Of a stretch of 64,000 bases of DNA, positions 57,347 through 64,000 are shown piece by piece. The stretch comes from the human T2T-CHM13v2.0 reference genome, Homo sapiens. The notes under the pieces are model-generated. The model was not told the origin of the DNA. It saw only the letters and a list, made by a program, of their open reading frames with translations, and made no database searches. How positions within the stretch are numbered: the stretch's first letter is position 1; every line of letters begins with the position of its first letter. The stretch spans positions 42,528,001-42,592,000 of the forward strand of contig CP068257.2 of NCBI GenBank assembly GCA_009914755.4, read 5' to 3'. Made by a program: the position numbers and the translations under genes.

Positions 57347-57511
57347 CTGCATAGCTGTGTTGGAGGCATCGGTCCCTGCACACCCAGCCTATGGCCACCG
57401 CCACGACCACAAGCAGGCACAGGACAGCCAGGATGCTCCACGTGGCCGCGTTTTTCTCGCCGGTACTGACTGGATTCTCTGTGATCTTGTCTCTCTCTCC
57501 GATGTCATTTC
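57347..57511 (-). CDS. ICOSLG: ICOSLG exon 4 (stalk, transmembrane helix and start of cytoplasmic tail): (G)NDIGERDKITENPVSTGEKNAATWSILAVLCLLVVVAVAIGWVCRDRCLQHSYA(G)
   Basis: The reverse complement of 57347-57511 translates to this peptide. The acceptor is tttcttgtag|GAAATGAC and the donor is TATGCAG|gtagag. The 165-nt exon carries the hydrophobic TM segment. Confidence 0.92.
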
Positions 57512-57646
57512 CTACAAGAAAGAGGAAAATAACCCGACTTAAAGGATCTTAGAGGAAAAGGGTCTTTTTTTTCATCCTTGAGTAGAAAGTGTTGCAGGGA
57601 AGTATTTATTCCAGAGAACTTCCCTGACATGATTTTGAGGTTTTAA

Positions 57647-58108
<462 letters not shown>

Positions 58109-58137
58109 CCTTACTGGATTTTTAAAAATCAAAGTGA

Positions 58138-58763
<626 letters not shown>

Positions 58764-58770
58764 AAAATGA

Positions 58771-59085
<315 letters not shown>

Positions 59086-59418
59086 CAAAATGAACCATTT
59101 TAAAGTGAACAATTCAGGGTGCCAGTGCCATCATAACCACCACCTAATTCCAGGACCTGTAACCCCCAAAAGGGAACCTTGTGTCCATGAGCAGTCACTC
59201 CCCACTCTTCCCTGCCGTCTGCTGTCTTTCTGGGCAGTTCATCGGGGAGAATGGTCGTGTCCATTTCAGATGGACTGTGAGCCCGTGTCAGCAGCAAGAA
59301 GGAGCAGATCCAAATGAGGGGGTCTCAGAACAGCTGGGGCCTCTAATTTTTCTCTTAAATTTTGTTCTCATTTAGTGCTTCATGGCACTCCCTTCAAATT
59401 TCACTTTTAAAACTCTAG

Positions 59419-59614
59419 CTTGGACGTGGTGGCTCACACCTGTAATCTCAGCACTTTGGGAGGCTTAGGCAGGAGCATCGCTTGTGTCCAGGAGCTTGAA
59501 TCTAGCCTGGGCAACACAGTGAGGCCCCATCGCTACAAATAATCAAAATTAGCCAGGCGAGGTGCATGTGCCTGTAGTCCCAGATACTCAGGAGGCTGAG
59601 GCAGGAGAATTGCT
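59419..59614 (+). mobile_element. Alu, 3'-truncated; paralogue of the Alu at 62096-62384 (shared diagnostic substitutions)
   Basis: It reads cttggacgtggtggctcacacctgtaatctcagcactttgggaggcttaggcaggagcatcgcttgtgtccaggag…ctacaaataatcaaaattagccaggcgaggtg…cccagatactcaggaggctgaggcaggagaattgct. Confidence 0.9.
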
Positions 59615-61337
59615 GTCCTCCTGCACCAGAAGCCTCCAGTTGCTTTGTGTCTCAGTGGCTCACCCTATTCTGGACACTTTGCATAAACAGAGTCCCACAG
59701 GCTTGTCCTCAGGTGTCTGGCTCTGTCACTCGCATAATGGCCTTGAGGTTCTCCACGCCGCAGCGTGCGTCAGGACAGCGGCCTCCTTCCTTTTTCGGGC
59801 TAATTCTCCCCTGCACGCATGGATCACGTTTGGTGCATCCGTCCACCCACGAGGAACACTCGGGTGGTTCCTACCTTCTGGCTGCCATGAACATTCACGG
59901 ACAGGCATTTGTTTGAGTCCCTGTTCTGAATCCTCTGGCCTATATCCCTAGGAGAGAACTGCTGGGTCCTGCAGTGCTTCCACGCTGAGCTTTTCGAGGA
60001 ACTGCCACAACGTTCCCCATGGCAGCTGCGCCCTTCTGCTTTTCCGCCACGATGCACAAAGCTAACAATGCCTCTGGTCTCTGTGTGCAGTGCCCTTCAG
60101 AGAGCCGTCCTCACCGGCAAACAAGCAGCGGCATCCCCCTGGGAGCTTGTTCTGAATGCCCGGCGCGTCTCCAAACACACTTGGAGAAACCACCTGGACG
60201 GTGCTCAACCTTGAACCTCTGAAGCTTTTAGACACTGTCCCGATGCCAGGTGCCAGCCCAGAGCTTCAGGTGCAATGGGTCTGGGCATGGGGGCTTTCAT
60301 AGGCTGCCCAGATGACCCCACTGTGTGGCCGGGGTTGAGACGACAGCCCTGGGAGAAGCTTCTGCTGCCACCTGGGCTGCTCTGCGGGGAGTATGCTGGC
60401 TGGAAGGCAGTTATCAGAGGCTGCTTTGGGAGCAGCCCCTCATCCCGCTGCATGCAGCTCAGACACTCTGAATGTTGAGTCAGAAGGGCTGAGCCCTGAT
60501 TTCAAGAAGGAGAAGGTCCGGCTCTGCCGGGGATCCTGGCGGCCAGGGTGGACTTCGAGGGTATGACCTGTGCAGGCTTCTGGGGTTGAGCTCAGAAAGG
60601 CCGGCAGGAGGTGCAATGCTTGTGGTCACTGTCTGGAATTCTTAATGCTCCCGAAACAAGGAGCCCTGCATTCTTGCTTTGCCCAGGGCCACACGGTGAG
60701 TCCTGCTGGCAGCCCCTTTCCTGCAGCCAGCAGGGCCCCAGGACCCCTCCTCGATCATCTCCTGCCTCCATCTTCTGCCTCTCATCCTGACACAGGAGAT
60801 GGGGACACAAATGGGGAGGGCCTGTGTCCTCTACAAAGGAGTCCCCGTAGAGGAACCCCTTCCACAGGGCACCCCTTCCACAGGGAGGGGCTGGGCCAGC
60901 AGCCGTGCGCAGTGGGATTCCCGTGTCTGGGGGCTTCAGTCTTCTCAGGGGACACACGCCCAAGAGGCAGGGAGCTTGGGTGGGGGCTGCACAGCTGTGG
61001 GCTTCTGTTCTGGGCTGCTGCTGCCTAGTGCTGCGGCTTCTGAAGTGTTACCCAGCCTCAGAGTTCAGCCCTCATCTGTAAAGTAGGTTTAAGAAAACCG
61101 ACTCCAGGTGAAGAAAATGGAGCAATATGCACTGGGCACGGCACCCATTCCTGTTCCCAGAGACCGCGGTGGTTCTCACTGTGCGGCATGTGCCTCTCAC
61201 CTCCCCTCCCTTCCAACCACCTTTCGGGTGCTGAGCCGCGTCGAAGGGACTTTTTGTCTCCTACCTCAGAGGCTCTCCCAAGCCAGCCCTGGCCCCACTG
61301 TCGGGCTCAGCTCAGCACGCAGGCGCCGGGACCTTAC

Positions 61338-61628
61338 CTGTCTGGCTGCCGACAGTCAGGTTCTGCTGCAGAAGCACGTTCTCTATGCAGCAGCCAATGT
61401 TCACGCTGGGGGTCCGTGCGATCCTCAGCACGCTGACCACGTCATACAAGCCCCGCATGTTCAAGAAGACGGTGTCATTCTGCAGAGCCTGGTCCAGCAG
61501 GCTGTTGTCCGTCTTATTGATCCAGTACACGTTGGGCCTGGGGTAGCCGTTTATGGATGTACACGTGAAGGTGAGCTCATCCTGGGAGGGGCTGTGGGGG
61601 GCGCTGACGACGGGCACGCTGAAGTTTG
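61338..61628 (-). CDS. ICOSLG: ICOSLG exon 3 (IgC domain); encodes (A)[96 protein letters not shown](G)
   Basis: The minus-strand translation matches the ICOSLG IgC domain. The acceptor is cccctgcag|CAAACTTC and the donor is CAGACAG|gtaagg. The exon is 291 nt, with split codons Ala (G|CA) and Gly (G|GA) that fit exons 2 and 4. Confidence 0.93.
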
Positions 61629-62095
61629 CTGCAGGGGAGGGAAACAGATTGTGAGAGATGCCAGACCCTGCTGGTCAAGAAACAGAGGGTACACGGTGCC
61701 AAGGCTGGGTCAGAGGGGAGGCGGCCCATTGTGCCCCGACATGGGTGACAGGCCAGGACCAGGGCTGTGGTCCGAGCAGCAGGCTCCGCCCTGTCCTGCC
61801 CAAGAGTCATCCCCCAAGCCAGTCCCAGTAGCCAGGGACCACTGAGCCTGTCGGGCAGTGACTGGCACCCACAGACCCCCCACTCCACAGCCGTCGGCTG
61901 TGCCGGGACCCCCTCATTTGGATCTGGTCATTCTCACTGCTGACACAGGGGCTCACAGTCCATCTGAAATGGACACAGCTGTTCTCCCCAATGAACTGCC
62001 CAGAGCTCCTTGGTTGCCTCTTATTTTTCTCTTAAATTTTGTTCTCATTTAGTGCTTTATAGAGTTCCCTTCAAATTTCACTTTTAAAACTCTAG

Positions 62096-62384
62096 TTTGG
62101 ATGTGGTGGCTCACGCCTGTAATCACAGCACTTTGGGAGGGTGAGGCAGGAGGATCGCTTGTGTCCAGGAGTTTGAGACCAGCCTGGGCAACATAGTGAG
62201 ACCCCATTTCTACAAATAATCAAAATTAGCCAGGCGAGGTGGCATGTGCCTGTAGTCCCAGATACTCAGGAGGCTGAAGCAGGAGAATTGCTTGAGCTCA
62301 GGAGGTCAAGGCTGCAGCGTGATCACGCTACTGCACTCCAGCCTGGGCAACAGTGAGACCCTGTCTCAAAAAACAAACTAACTG
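62096..62384 (+). mobile_element. Alu in ICOSLG intron 2; paralogue of 59419-59614
   Basis: It reads gtttggatgtggtggctcacgcctgtaatcacagcactttgggagggtgaggcaggaggatcgcttgtgtccaggag…ctacaaataatcaaaattagccaggcgaggtg…cccagatactcaggaggctgaagcaggagaattgcttgagc…ctgtctcaaaaaacaaactaac. Confidence 0.93.
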
Positions 62385-62683
62385 GCCAGGCGCGGTGGCT
62401 CACACCTGTAATCCCAGCACTTTGGGAGGCTGAGGCGGGCGGATCACGAGGCCAGGAATTTGAGACCAGCCTGGCCAACATGGTGAAACCCTGTCTCTAC
62501 TAAAAATACAAAAATTAGCTGGGTGTGGTGGCACGCGCCTGTAGTCCCAGCTACTCGGGAGGCTGTGGAGAATTGCTTGAACCCAGGAGGCGGGGGTTGC
62601 GGTGAGCCAAGATTGTGCCACTGCACTGCAGCCTGGGTGACAGAGCGAGACTCCGTCTCAAAAAACAAAAACAAAAACAAAAG
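62385..62683 (+). mobile_element. Alu in ICOSLG intron 2, tandem to the previous one
   Basis: It runs from ggccaggcgcggtggctcacacctgtaatcccagcactttgggaggctgaggcgggcggatcacgaggccagg to …gagactccgtctcaaaaaacaaaaacaaaaacaaaag. Confidence 0.95.
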
Positions 62684-62932
62684 CTAACTAACTCAAGAGG
62701 CAAAGACAGCAAGGGTAGGAGCTCTTCCGGGAAACCAAGCAGCCGCAGGTCATGCACTAAGGATTTTTCAGCTGTTTAGTTTCCCTCGAAGTTAGACAGA
62801 AGCCTGATAACACAGATGAGAATTTTCTTCACTGGAAGAAACAGTGAATGAGCCAGGGAGGGGGTTTCATGAACACTTGTCCACGATGTGAGGCTGGGAT
62901 GGACCTAGCTCTCCCCGCCTCGATGGTCCTAC

Positions 62933-63283
62933 CTGCCACATGCAGTGTAACCTCAATGCTCAAAACCTCCTGGAATCCCAGGGATTGGCTCAACACCAGG
63001 CAGTGAAACTTCTGCTCGTCCTGGGGGGTGACGTTGAACAAGCGCAGGGAGAAGTCGCCCCGCAGCATGCCGGCCGGTGACATCAGGGCTCGGTTCCGGT
63101 AGCGGCTGTCCACGTTTTCCAAGGAGCTGTTCTGTGGGATGTGGTAGGTCACCACGGTTTTCGACTCACTGGTTTGCCAATATACGTAAACATCATTTAA
63201 ATCAAAACGGCTTCCTTCAGGGCAAGCGCAGCTGAGCTCCACGTCGCTGCCTACCATCGCTCTGACTTCCTTCTCCTGAGTAT
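62933..63283 (-). CDS. ICOSLG: ICOSLG exon 2 (IgV domain); encodes (D)TQEKEVRAMVGSDVELSCACPEGSRFDLNDVYVYWQTSESKTVVTYHIPQNSSLENVDSRYRNRALMSPAGMLRGDFSLRLFNVTPQDEQKFHCLVLSQSLGFQEVLSIEVTLHVA
   Basis: The minus-strand translation matches human ICOS ligand residues ~19-135. The acceptor is ccattgcag|AT at 63283-63285 and the donor is G|gtagga at 62931-62933. The 351-nt length and phase are consistent with the neighbouring exons. The six-frame ORF 62829..63338(-) contains this peptide. Confidence 0.93.
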
Positions 63284-63731
63284 CTGCAATGGCCCAAAAG
63301 GTGCAAAATCTGTTTTCGGAGGCTGATGCCCAGGCCATGAAGCTACTCTATGGGGCAGACTTTGGGTTTCAAGCCTCAAACACCAACGGTGGCTCAGAAT
63401 TTATTAACAAGGCACATGTAGGAATGCAGTCAAACTTGAAAAACGCAGACATTTCATGGTGAGGTCCATGTCAGTCTTTGGCTTCGATGACACACTCCTG
63501 TTATGTAAGGGGCTGCCATGGGGAGGAGCGGCTGGATGGGGCCTGGCCGCTCAGTGTTATTTTTGTTACTCAGCACTACTTTTACTACTTCTCGGGAGTC
63601 TATAATTAATGCACAATAAAAAGTTCTTTAAGGGAAAGGCATTTAAGGGAAAAGAATTTCTCAGCAATTACATTATATTGCTGCTCACTTGCAGTAGGAA
63701 AGCTGTCACAAATGTGGCAGACACAGGGTAG

Positions 63732-64000
<269 letters not shown>

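Noticed and set aside
62829-63338. A 169-aa ORF starting MAWASASENRFCTFWAIADTQEKEV…
   Set aside because: Only residues from DTQEKEV to …TLHVA are the real ICOSLG exon 2. The N-terminal MAWASASENRFCTFWAIA and the C-terminal GRTIEAG… are intron sequence in frame. Exon 1 lies outside the window.

Overview
This window is human (or great-ape) nuclear DNA, not prokaryotic. It holds about 44 Alu elements, including several AluY, a HERV9-type LTR12 solo LTR, an L1 3' end and many GC-rich minisatellites. The only protein-coding gene I can support is the 3' part of ICOSLG (ICOS ligand / B7-H2), on the minus strand at the right edge. Exons 2-5 and the canonical terminal exon (…TELTGHV*) lie between 55.1 and 63.3 kb. 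A short alternative terminal exon encoding …TELT-ESWNLLLLLS* with an AATAAA signal lies at 49.06-49.14 kb. Exon 1 and the promoter are beyond the right end of the window. The translated exons match the human ICOSLG protein as I remember it, apart from one codon (Ile instead of Val at 128), and every splice junction is phase-consistent with AG/GT borders. This places the window at chr21q22.3 downstream of ICOSLG, or in its paralogous duplicate on 21p. Coordinates 1-49,000 are intergenic or possible lncRNA sequence with no supportable coding exons. The long ORFs in the six-frame track fall inside minisatellites whose unit lengths are multiples of 3 (42 bp and others) or in GC-rich random sequence, and are artefacts. 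I found no CRISPR, operon or defence-island style structure. The observations worth a second look are structural. They are a diverged duplicated block with a ~115-bp inverted segment flanking ICOSLG exon 3, a ~1.7-kb 42-bp VNTR, a compound purine-rich VNTR, a 45-bp patch copied into an Alu, G-rich repeats just past the gene's 3' end, and an LTR12 with nested Alus oriented antisense to ICOSLG.
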